Shown here one piece after another: positions 10,217 to 18,173 of a DNA stretch of 64,000 nt. Both the position numbers and the translations under genes were made by a program. The stretch lies in the IMG/VR virus record IMGVR_UViG_3300021255_005861, positions 121,667-185,666 of that record; one strand, written 5' to 3'. Under the pieces are notes generated by a model. It searched no databases, was not told where the DNA came from, and saw only the letters and a program-made list of their open reading frames with translations. Positions within the stretch are counted from its first letter, which is position 1. Every line of letters starts with the position of its first letter. Origin of the DNA: a virus (taxonomy: Duplodnaviria > Caudoviricetes).

Positions 10217-10369
10217 TTATTTCTTACTTGACGTAAGATTCTCTATTGGGGTAGTTTTCCCGAAGTGGTGCGTGTCGTAGTAGCGCAGTTCCTCCTTGGA
10301 CAGCGTGTTGGGGACGATTTTGTGTCCTGCCGCGAGCAGGCTCTTTTCTAGTTCTTTCGCATTCAGCAT
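10217..10369 (-). CDS. Small hypothetical protein (50 aa)
   Basis: MLNAKELEKS...; fills the gap between the two helicases. Confidence 0.45.
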   Translation of the reverse strand: MLNAKELEKSLLAAGHKIVPNTLSKEELRYYDTHHFGKTTPIENLTSSKK

Positions 10370-10372
10370 AGT

Positions 10373-12532
10373 CTATCCTTTAGGGACGCGGATTCCCTTC
10401 CTCTCCATTATCTCGGTCAATAGGTCTATATCCGCGGCTTCCTTGCCGTCCACGAGCCCGTCTAGCATCTTGGCACGGTTGTCCAGGATTTCCATAGCCT
10501 CCATGTCGATAGTCCCGTTGGCAACGAGATAGTATGCCGTTACGGGCTTCGTCTGCCCTGAACGAGATAGGCGATCCGTTGCCTGCCGGTGGAAGTTCGG
10601 CGTGTGGGCGAACTCGGCGAAGGCACAGTGGCTGCATACATGCTGAAGTCCGTCGATACCGACACCCCCGCTCTGGATGTTGGCCACGAGCAGGCGGCAG
10701 TCCTCGTCCTTGATGAACATGTCCTTGGCCGTCTCCCTCTCGCTGGCGGTCATTCCCCCGTATATCTTGGCGGGCTTCCACGGTTTCATCTGCGAGCAGA
10801 GCAGATCCACCACGTCACGATGCCACGCAAAGAGCAATAGCTTCTCCCCGGACTGGAGGAAGCAGTCCACCCAGTCCTCCAAAGCCTTCTCTTTGAGCGT
10901 GAAGGCGGTGTGCAGTAGCCCCGCGATGCGGTTCCTCATGCCCGAGAGTTCCGTGCCCCCGCCGAATACGGAGGCCTCCTCCTCGGCATACGCCTTCATG
11001 GCATCGGGATCGGTCTCTAGCGGCACCACCTCTATCGTCTTGGGGGGCAGATCCTTCATCACGTCCTGCTTCGTGCGCCTCAGCATGCAGTTCACGATGG
11101 CGCGGTGGAGCTGGTCGGCGTTGGTCACCCCGTTGAAGGTCATGCCGTACCCGTTGTTCTTCGGGTCGCAGTAGGTGTATAGATACTTGTAGTAGTCGGG
11201 GAATACGTCCGGCATCATTATGTTGAGGCACGGCCAGAACTGGGCGGGGCGGGACATCGCGGGGGTGCCGCTCATCGCTATCACCTCACGTGTAATCTTC
11301 GCCAGGGCCATGAACGCCATCGAGCGTATGGACTTGGGGTTGCCTATCGCCTGCACCTCGTCCCCTACCAGCAACATTAAATTTAGCCTAGTCAGCTGGC
11401 CGTCTGCAATAAATCTCAACTTGCCGTCCTTGGTCTTCTCGGTATGTCCTACCCAGTCGGCAAGGATGTCCCAGTTGATTATGTACGTCTTGTCCGGGGA
11501 CAGCTCGTGTGGGGTCTTGCCGTACAGCACCTCGGGCTTCGGGAACGTCCCCTCCACCTTCGAGAGCCACGCTTCGTATGCGTTCTTCCACTGCAGTTTC
11601 GTCGGGGCGTTGACCACGTAGAGGGCGGGGAAGGACTGGGCGTAGACCATCCACGCGAGCGCCTCCACGGTCTTGCCGCAGTTGTGCACCACGATCCGGT
11701 TCGCCACGAAGTTGGCGTGCTCCAGCACCTTCACGTCGTAGGTCATCCGCATCCCGCAGGGATACACGGAGTCAACCCTCGCGTAGTCCTCCTCCCCGTC
11801 TATGCGAACCCTGCACCCCAAGAGCTTCTCCGCCTCCACGTACCCGTAGTCAGTAAGAACTCGGTGGTCGTGCGTGGCTATCAGGAACTTGCCATTATCC
11901 AGGGTGACGTGTACGCACCCCTTGATGCCGCTCTCTATGACATCTACAATTTCTCCGTATCCGAGAGTGCCGTCGGCGAGGACGCACTTGATTTTCCACT
12001 GTTTGTCCTCGGTGTACTTGCGGTGCAGGGTTTCCAGGGACATCCCTACTACCTTCTCGCCCGTGTCGATATGCACGAGCATGTCGCCCGAGATGCATCC
12101 CATCTCGTCGCCGAGCAGCACCCTTCCGTGCCTTACCTGGCAGAACTTGAGGAAATCCACTTGATACGGGCGCAGGCCGGGGAGCAGCGTAGCCCCCGGT
12201 ATTAGCCCCATCCGGTCTATCTTCGCCCGTTGCTCTTCCAACGGGTCGGGAAGGTCGGCCTTCTCCACGGGGGGATCTGGCGCGGGCCATCCCGACATGA
12301 ACAGCCACTCCCGCGTCTTGTCGTCCCACGGGAGTTCCCACAGCTTGGTCAGCGTGTTGTAGTTGCGGACGGGCAATGCCTTTATGGCGGCGAGAATGAG
12401 TTTCCACGTGTCCCTGTCGGGGCAATTCCACCCTACCTCCACCTTCTCGTTTCCGGGGAGCATACGGGCGGTATACCTGCATCCGGGTACAGGCGATATC
12501 GGGGGCGGGAATCGGGTTTTCTTCGGGTACAT
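10373..12532 (-). CDS. SNF2-family helicase with mini-intein
   Basis: LRPYQ, GDEMG|CGKT Walker A, DEVQ, SGTP, LRRTK, QATDRLSRSGQ. Confidence 0.9.
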   Translation of the reverse strand: MYPKKTRFPPPISPVPGCRYTARMLPGNEKVEVGWNCPDRDTWKLILAAIKALPVRNYNTLTKLWELPWDDKTREWLFMSGWPAPDPPVEKADLPDPLEEQRAKIDRMGLIPGATLLPGLRPYQVDFLKFCQVRHGRVLLGDEMGCISGDMLVHIDTGEKVVGMSLETLHRKYTEDKQWKIKCVLADGTLGYGEIVDVIESGIKGCVHVTLDNGKFLIATHDHRVLTDYGYVEAEKLLGCRVRIDGEEDYARVDSVYPCGMRMTYDVKVLEHANFVANRIVVHNCGKTVEALAWMVYAQSFPALYVVNAPTKLQWKNAYEAWLSKVEGTFPKPEVLYGKTPHELSPDKTYIINWDILADWVGHTEKTKDGKLRFIADGQLTRLNLMLLVGDEVQAIGNPKSIRSMAFMALAKITREVIAMSGTPAMSRPAQFWPCLNIMMPDVFPDYYKYLYTYCDPKNNGYGMTFNGVTNADQLHRAIVNCMLRRTKQDVMKDLPPKTIEVVPLETDPDAMKAYAEEEASVFGGGTELSGMRNRIAGLLHTAFTLKEKALEDWVDCFLQSGEKLLLFAWHRDVVDLLCSQMKPWKPAKIYGGMTASERETAKDMFIKDEDCRLLVANIQSGGVGIDGLQHVCSHCAFAEFAHTPNFHRQATDRLSRSGQTKPVTAYYLVANGTIDMEAMEILDNRAKMLDGLVDGKEAADIDLLTEIMERKGIRVPKG
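11681..12097 (-). mobile_element. Mini-intein (139 aa) in the SNF2 Walker A motif
   Basis: Starts CISGD, block B THDH, ends VVHN followed by Cys; no endonuclease. Confidence 0.9.
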
Positions 12533-12534
12533 AA

Positions 12535-13392
12535 TTAGACTATAGCAGGTTCTAGCATCTTATGCGGTTCTACTACGGGAAGTTCTAATATTTCTTCGCC
12601 GATTTTAACATAATTCACGTCTAGTTTACGGGTTTTCAGTATTTCTACAGCCTTTTCCAAAGATTCCTTCCACGCAGGGAAAAGTTCTCCAAGTCCGAAT
12701 TCCATATAGAGTTCATCAAGGTCCATAACTACACCGATAGCCCAGTTTACATCTGCTTCCGTGAAATCTTCGTGTAGTGCCTTATCCCGGAATTTGTCAT
12801 ATCGGGGATTCATTGAAACAATACGGTCATATTCTTCTTTGGATTTAAACCCGAAGATGCATTTTTCCACGAGGTCCTTGTTTTCCCCTAGTTCTCGCAA
12901 GTAATGAAAACCATCATCATTCAATCCTATAATTTTTGTACCTAATAGTTCTTTTGCGATGATATTAGGTATAGGATAACCGCCATATTTCTTAAAGTAA
13001 TGCTCGATGATACCGCTAACTTCCGCCCAGTACCACTTGTCGAAATTGGCAATATCGTGTTTTACGATTTCAATAACGCCCTCACGATACTGCGGATTAC
13101 TACGGATTCCCGTAATACCGGTCATCTTCTTACCCGGCAACCGGCCTTCATAGATAGCAAGGGCCGCACGTTCTCCATCCGTCAAGGCGAACCTTACTTC
13201 GGATAAGTTCTTCAGAAGCGTAGAGTCTTTGGAGGGTCCTACCCAACCATCAAGACTAGATGCCTTGTATCCTTCATCTAAAGTCTTTCTAATATACCCG
13301 ATTAACGGAGCAATCTCATCCTTTTCTGTAATGAACTGCAACTGGATGTTATTCTCGTTAATATGCTCATTAACTTTTATTTTTAGCGACAT
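12535..13392 (-). CDS. Hypothetical protein (AT-rich)
   Basis: 285 aa ORF with lower GC than neighbours. Confidence 0.65.
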   Translation of the reverse strand: MSLKIKVNEHINENNIQLQFITEKDEIAPLIGYIRKTLDEGYKASSLDGWVGPSKDSTLLKNLSEVRFALTDGERAALAIYEGRLPGKKMTGITGIRSNPQYREGVIEIVKHDIANFDKWYWAEVSGIIEHYFKKYGGYPIPNIIAKELLGTKIIGLNDDGFHYLRELGENKDLVEKCIFGFKSKEEYDRIVSMNPRYDKFRDKALHEDFTEADVNWAIGVVMDLDELYMEFGLGELFPAWKESLEKAVEILKTRKLDVNYVKIGEEILELPVVEPHKMLEPAIV

Positions 13393-13558
13393 AGTTATGT
13401 TTCCTTTGAAAAATGCCCCAAAAACACGTTAAGTAGGAGATCGTATTTTCGGGGCATTTAAATTCTTTAGCCATCCAACTCCTACATAGGACAGCATATT
13501 TCCAAGTATAAATATAATATATATTCCGCAGAAAAACAACAATGTAAGAAGAAAATAA

Positions 13559-13580
13559 GATTTTGCCATCCTGCTATATC
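13559..13580 (+). promoter_or_regulatory. Promoter-like motif TTTTGCC-N5-GCTATA
   Basis: GATTTTGCCATCCTGCTATATC just before ATG 13589. Confidence 0.7.
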
Positions 13581-13588
13581 ATTTCCCG

Positions 13589-14629
13589 ATGCCCCACAAC
13601 CTAGAGAAATTGACATACGGCATATCCGAGCTGCTCGACACGCTCGGCCTCAAGGGCTCGGTAGTTACCGTGTCAAGGGACGTGCTCGAGGTGCGCCTGT
13701 CCAAGGACGACGCCTTCGGCAGCGCCTTCCCGCTCAAGGAGCGCCCGCAGGTGCGACTCCACGCCGAGCCCATACTGCCCGACCGCAAGCCGAAGAAGAA
13801 GGAAGAGAAGCCCCCCGAGCAGGGGTTCTTCAAGGTGGCCTCCACCGACCCGATGAACTCGTGCGGCCTCGACGAGGAACAGCGCGAGGCGCTCTACGCC
13901 CTAGTGAACGGCAAGTACCCGTTCCTCTCCAAGACCAAGACGGACTCCCGGACGTGGGAGTGCACGTGCAGGGAGATAGTGTGGATAGCCGAGGGGCTGT
14001 TCTGGAAGTCGCACCGCTGGGATCCGGCGTGGCTCGGGCGCATGACCAAGAAGGGTGTTGGCCCGCAACTCATGTCCGGGCTGGCCACGGGGGCGCACGC
14101 CGTCATCCGCGCCCTCGCCGACAGCCTCGACGCCGTGGTGGAGCGGAACAAGGAGGGCTTCTGGTGGCCGTCCGTCGAGAAGGGCAGGCAGAAGAGGGAG
14201 CCCCTGCTCAGCTTCCTCGTGTCCCGCACCCGCAAGGGTACGGAGTGGAGCCCCTTCTGCGAGATATTCTGGGAGCGGAACAAGGCCGAGTCCATATCGT
14301 CCGGCCTGCCCGAGCGTGTGGTGGCCGTGGCGCACCGCATCATGGACGAGTCCCCGTGGCTCTCCTCGCTCCCGAAGCACTCCCAGGATTCCTACTGGGA
14401 CGGGGTGCGCAAGTACTACGAGTGGTACATGGCTGAGCGGGATACGCTTATGCGGAACACGAGGAACAGGGCCAAGTTGTCCGACTCGGGATCGGCCATA
14501 GATCTCGTGTACCAGTGGGACTCCGAGAATGGCCACAGGAAGGTGTCGGCGCGGTTCGTTCACCCCGGAGTAGACCTATGGGGGCCGTTCAAGGCCTGGT
14601 GCAAGGACACGAGAGGCATAACTTTGTAA
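13589..14629 (+). CDS. Hypothetical protein
   Basis: 346 aa, phage codon usage, follows the promoter motif. Confidence 0.7.
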   Translation: MPHNLEKLTYGISELLDTLGLKGSVVTVSRDVLEVRLSKDDAFGSAFPLKERPQVRLHAEPILPDRKPKKKEEKPPEQGFFKVASTDPMNSCGLDEEQREALYALVNGKYPFLSKTKTDSRTWECTCREIVWIAEGLFWKSHRWDPAWLGRMTKKGVGPQLMSGLATGAHAVIRALADSLDAVVERNKEGFWWPSVEKGRQKREPLLSFLVSRTRKGTEWSPFCEIFWERNKAESISSGLPERVVAVAHRIMDESPWLSSLPKHSQDSYWDGVRKYYEWYMAERDTLMRNTRNRAKLSDSGSAIDLVYQWDSENGHRKVSARFVHPGVDLWGPFKAWCKDTRGITL

Positions 14630-14642
14630 ATTTGGTAGCCAC

Positions 14643-15017
14643 ATGGAAAAGAAAAGAAAGACTGCAGGCCCGAGGCATCCGGGCAAGGACAAGTACCCGG
14701 TGCATCACGAGGCCGAGACTATAACCATTCCACGCGCCGAATACGACGCGATGGTGGAGGAACTGCGGGACAGGCGCATGCGTGCCAACCGCAGGTGGAT
14801 ATCCACCGATACGAGGCTCCCGGATCCCGAGGAGTACGTAATCGTGTACGGGTCGGACTGGTGGAATGGTGGCAGTTACGCGATGCTGAAGGTAATGAAG
14901 GAACGTGGCCCGTTCGGTGAGATTCAGTGGTCGGACGGGAACGGTCCCGTGTCCGTTGAGGACATCTCGTACTGGACGCATTTTCCCGCAGCCCCGCGAG
15001 GTAGAGATGGAAATTAA
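14643..15017 (+). CDS. DUF551-like phage protein
   Basis: WISTDTRLP...YWTHFP pattern. Confidence 0.55.
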   Translation: MEKKRKTAGPRHPGKDKYPVHHEAETITIPRAEYDAMVEELRDRRMRANRRWISTDTRLPDPEEYVIVYGSDWWNGGSYAMLKVMKERGPFGEIQWSDGNGPVSVEDISYWTHFPAAPRGRDGN

Positions 15018-15732
15018 GGGAAAGGTACACTGCTTATTCGAACAATCTGGGGTATTCAAGAACCAGTTCAAGGAACTCGGGTACGAGGCTTTCGACTACG
15101 ACATCCAAAACCACTTCCACGAGACCGACCACGTGGTGGATCTGTTCAAGGCGATAGAGGACGCCTACGACGGGAAGCCGAGCCTCTTCGACGACATCAC
15201 GCCCGACGACCTCATCATGGCGTTCTTCCCTTGCATCTACTTCTCGTGCATGAGCCAGATGCTCATAAGTTACACGCACCGCAACTACACGAATTACTCG
15301 CCAAAGGAGCGCTTCGACGCCATCCTCCAGCGTTCGGCGAACCGCGAGCTGTTCTTCTCCCGCGCCGTTAAGATGCTGGCCGTGGCGAAGATCCGGGGCC
15401 TTAGGATAATCATGGAGAACCCGTGGAGCGAGCAGACGTTTCTCAAGCAGAACTTCCCGTTCAACCCCAGCGTCGTGGACATGAACCGGACGCTCCGCGG
15501 CGACTACTACGTGAAGCCTACCGCCTACTGGTTCATCAACTGCGAGCCAACGAACGGGCAGACGCTACAGCCACGGAAGCCGGGGAAGAATATCTGCCAG
15601 GTAGCCCCCAACGGGATGCCCGGAATCTGTAACGAGGAACGCAGCCTCATACACCCGGACTACGCCCGCAACTTCATCTGCGACTTCGTGCTCGGGAAAC
15701 GGCAGGAATTTGGGCAACTCTCGCTCTTCTAA
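15007..15732 (+). CDS. Compact C5-cytosine methyltransferase-like protein
   Basis: CLFEQSG (motif I-like), FFPC (IV), MENP (VI), KPT (VIII-like); ends QLSLF. Confidence 0.65.
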   Translation: MEIKGKVHCLFEQSGVFKNQFKELGYEAFDYDIQNHFHETDHVVDLFKAIEDAYDGKPSLFDDITPDDLIMAFFPCIYFSCMSQMLISYTHRNYTNYSPKERFDAILQRSANRELFFSRAVKMLAVAKIRGLRIIMENPWSEQTFLKQNFPFNPSVVDMNRTLRGDYYVKPTAYWFINCEPTNGQTLQPRKPGKNICQVAPNGMPGICNEERSLIHPDYARNFICDFVLGKRQEFGQLSLF

Positions 15733-15736
15733 CGGG

Positions 15737-15758
15737 TTTTGCCCCTACGCTATATTGG
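15737..15758 (+). promoter_or_regulatory. Promoter-like motif TTTTGCC-N5-GCTATA
   Basis: TTTTGCCCCTACGCTATATTGG upstream of the split methyltransferase. Confidence 0.7.
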
Positions 15759-15786
15759 TAAAAACTCTCGCTAAAAGGAATATTTT

Positions 15787-16896
15787 ATGGGAATACGAGT
15801 ATTGAGCCTTTTCGACGGCATGGGTTGCGGCAGGATAGCCCTGGAGGAACTCGGAGTCAAGGTGGACACGTACTACGCGTCGGAGGTAGACAAGAACGCC
15901 ATCGCAATGGAAACTCTAAACTTCCCGGACACGGTCTGCCTCGGCGACGTGACTAAGGTGGACGCCCGCAAGCTCGGGCACATCGACCTGCTTATCGGCG
16001 GGTCGCCGTGCTTCACTAAGGGACACAAGGTACTTACCGAGAACGGGGAGAAGAACATCGAGGACATCGTGCTCGGCGACAGGGTGTTGACACACACGGG
16101 TTCGTATATGCCCGTAATCGATGTAGGAAGCAAGTTCTCGGACGACCTTTACGAGATGGTTCTCGCTGACGGGACTACGTATCACGTGACAGGAAACCAT
16201 CCGTTCTATGCTACTACCGATGGGAAGGTTTTTTCCTGGGTGGCCTGTTCGGAACTTACCCCGGAACATGGGATACTGAAGGTAGACCGAGTCACGGTCA
16301 CGCAGTTCAAGGGCAGGGATAGGATACCGGGCGATACCGTGTACAACATGACTGTGGACGTGGACCACAGCTACTCGGTTAATAATTACTTTGTACATAA
16401 TTGCACGAACTTCAGTTTCGCCGGTCGCCGCAACGGCATGAATACTACCACGAACGAAGAAATATACTCGCTCGATCGCTATCTTGAACTCAAGCGCGAT
16501 GGCTTCCAGTTTGACGGCGAGTCCTACCTGTTCTGGGAGTACATGCGCATCCTCGGGGAACTCCGCGAGACTAACCCGGACGTGTTCTTCTTTTTGGAGA
16601 ACGTTGAGATGGGTGAGAAGTGGGAATCCGTGCTGACGAAGGCGATCGGTATTCCCGGCGTGCACGTCAATTCCGCCCTCGTGTCCGCGCAGAACCGCCG
16701 TCGCATCTATTGGACTAATATCCGTACGAAGAATGGGGGACTGCTCGGGTTCGGGTGGCAGGTACCCGACATCCCGCAGCCCGAGGACAAGGGCATCATG
16801 CTCTCGGACGTGCTCGACGACGTAGTGGACAGGAAGTACTATCTCAAGGACGAGGTGGTGGACAAGCTGCTCGCCAACGGGGTGAAGGGTGCGTAA
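15787..16896 (+). CDS. Split C5-cytosine methyltransferase, N-terminal catalytic part (motifs I-VIII), intein-containing
   Basis: LFDGMG (I), GGSP|C (IV), LENV (VI), QNRRRIYW (VIII); ends before TRD and motifs IX/X. Confidence 0.9.
   Translation: MGIRVLSLFDGMGCGRIALEELGVKVDTYYASEVDKNAIAMETLNFPDTVCLGDVTKVDARKLGHIDLLIGGSPCFTKGHKVLTENGEKNIEDIVLGDRVLTHTGSYMPVIDVGSKFSDDLYEMVLADGTTYHVTGNHPFYATTDGKVFSWVACSELTPEHGILKVDRVTVTQFKGRDRIPGDTVYNMTVDVDHSYSVNNYFVHNCTNFSFAGRRNGMNTTTNEEIYSLDRYLELKRDGFQFDGESYLFWEYMRILGELRETNPDVFFFLENVEMGEKWESVLTKAIGIPGVHVNSALVSAQNRRRIYWTNIRTKNGGLLGFGWQVPDIPQPEDKGIMLSDVLDDVVDRKYYLKDEVVDKLLANGVKGA
16009..16401 (+). mobile_element. Mini-intein (131 aa) in the catalytic PC motif
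   Basis: CFTKG...TGNHPF...VHN followed by the catalytic Cys. Confidence 0.9.
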
Positions 16897-17080
16897 CAAG
16901 GCCTTATGTATGCCCTGCCTGCGCTACGGTGTGGTGGTACCCGAGTCGCAGAAAGTTCCTTGTCTTATATCTACGTACCAGCAGGACAGGTTCTACGACC
17001 CCGCGGGCGGGTTGCTCCCTGCGCTGGCTAAAAACCTTGAAGGATTTTTGATTTTGGTCTATGAAGAAAGTGCTCGTTAA
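16889..17080 (+). CDS. TRD-like mini-protein, cassette A (63 aa)
   Basis: KVPCL...YQQDRFYDPAG...FLILVYEE; GTG start overlaps the catalytic gene end. Confidence 0.65.
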   Translation: MRNKALCMPCLRYGVVVPESQKVPCLISTYQQDRFYDPAGGLLPALAKNLEGFLILVYEESAR

Positions 17081-17222
17081 TCCGCTCTTCAACCACCCGG
17101 TACACGGATGGCTCACGCTGTTGCAGGCCGAGGATAAGTCGTTCTGCCTGTGCGCCAAGTACGCGCATCAGCCACGGTTCGACATCAAGACGTACATTAT
17201 GGATTATGAGGATGTGGCATGA
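17061..17222 (+). CDS. TRD-like mini-protein, cassette B (53 aa)
   Basis: Manual translation MKKVLVNPLF...DKSFCLCAKY...TYIMDYEDVA. Confidence 0.65.
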   Translation: MKKVLVNPLFNHPVHGWLTLLQAEDKSFCLCAKYAHQPRFDIKTYIMDYEDVA

Positions 17223-17410
17223 TTAGGTGCACGTGGAAACAGCAACGCAGCGAGTTCGGGAAGCTCCACCGGCACGAATACGAAAACCTGCACTCGCGGG
17301 AATACGGCGGTAGGCAGGCCATGAAGGAAAAGGCGCTCGTGTTCGACAAGTGCGGACCGCTTACGCTCGCCCTCGGCGACAACGTCATCTTGGAACTGGA
17401 CGAGGTGTAG
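17219..17410 (+). CDS. TRD-like mini-protein, cassette C (63 aa)
   Basis: RSEFGKLHRHEYE...KCGPLTL...DNVILE; ATGA overlap, GAGG RBS. Confidence 0.7.
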   Translation: MIRCTWKQQRSEFGKLHRHEYENLHSREYGGRQAMKEKALVFDKCGPLTLALGDNVILELDEV

Positions 17411-17412
17411 CC

Positions 17413-17601
17413 ATGTCCGTTAATGTTTTGCGCATCCGAAGAAGCGACTACGGGAAAGAGCACCGCAAGGCGTACGAGTACGGGCATTCCCGCGAATACG
17501 GCGGGATGCAGTCCATGGTGGAACGCTATCCTAGTACCGACGGCAAGAGCGGCCCGCTAACGACCGTGCTCAAGGACAACTTAGTGATCCATTATGAGTA
17601 G
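17413..17601 (+). CDS. TRD-like mini-protein, cassette D (62 aa)
   Basis: RSDYGKEHRKAYE...DGKSGPLTTVLKDNLVIHYE; paralog of cassette C; GAGG RBS. Confidence 0.7.
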   Translation: MSVNVLRIRRSDYGKEHRKAYEYGHSREYGGMQSMVERYPSTDGKSGPLTTVLKDNLVIHYE

Positions 17602-17614
17602 TGCTCGTATATGA

Positions 17615-17634
17615 TTTTGCCCACCCGCTATAAT
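17615..17634 (+). promoter_or_regulatory. Internal promoter-like motif within the cassette array
   Basis: TTTTGCCCACCCGCTATAAT. Confidence 0.65.
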
Positions 17635-17641
17635 GTACGAT

Positions 17642-17802
17642 ATGGATAAGATGCCGGTTCTAGTTGGATACAAGTGTGGAGTGACCCCCCCCCATGCAAC
17701 GGGAAGGCGCCTACACTCACGACGGAACTGGCGCACCGGACGAACTCGTACGGCCTGCCCCACGTTTTGATATTTGAGATATTTAATGGAAAAGAACCTT
17801 AG
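17642..17802 (+). pseudogene. TRD-like cassette E, frameshifted at a C9 tract (candidate phase-variable, OFF)
   Basis: MDKMPVLVGYKCGVT-[C9 17685-17693]; second frame PCNGKAPTLTTELAH...PHVLIFEI; C7 or C10 restores frame. Confidence 0.65.
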
Positions 17803-17834
17803 AAACCCCCCCCCTCCCCCGGAAAGGAAGGTAC

Positions 17835-18008
17835 ATGAAGACTAGCATGCATTTCAGCAAGAGTTACTTCGGCGTGGACACTTGCACGGATCCTGCGTCA
17901 TCAAAAAGTTGCTGTCTTACGAGCGGGGACTACCCTACGGTACATGCGGGTGGAGTTGAAGGGTTCTGCAAAAGGACATACTTGTTGGACATTGAGGTAC
18001 TTGAATGA
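17835..18008 (+). CDS. TRD-like mini-protein, cassette G (57 aa)
   Basis: Manual translation MKTSMHF...SKSCCLTSG...TYLLDIEVLE; preceded by C9-T-C5 tract and GGAAGG. Confidence 0.6.
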   Translation: MKTSMHFSKSYFGVDTCTDPASSKSCCLTSGDYPTVHAGGVEGFCKRTYLLDIEVLE

Positions 18009-18170
18009 GGGTCGCATGTAATCCTACATGGAAGAATGGAATACTCATACCCCCCCCAGAGGAGGAACAAGAGTACTTGCATACAGGCGTTCCTGTGCAA
18101 GTGGTTCGTGCCAAGTAAGACTCATGACCTGACGTTCGTGATGGACTATGAAATTTTAGAAAAGGAATAA
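18005..18170 (+). pseudogene. TRD-like cassette H, frameshifted at a C8 tract (candidate phase-variable, OFF)
   Basis: MRVACNPTWKNGILI-[C8 18050-18057]; second frame QRRNKSTCIQAFLCK...TFVMDYEILEKE; C7 or C10 restores frame. Confidence 0.65.
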
Positions 18171-18173
18171 CCG

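Noticed and set aside
16889-18170. Simple pseudogenisation of one long methyltransferase
   Set aside because: Breaks fall at module boundaries with RBS or overlapping starts, both catalytic halves are intact, and similar modules occur elsewhere. Not fully excluded without comparative data.
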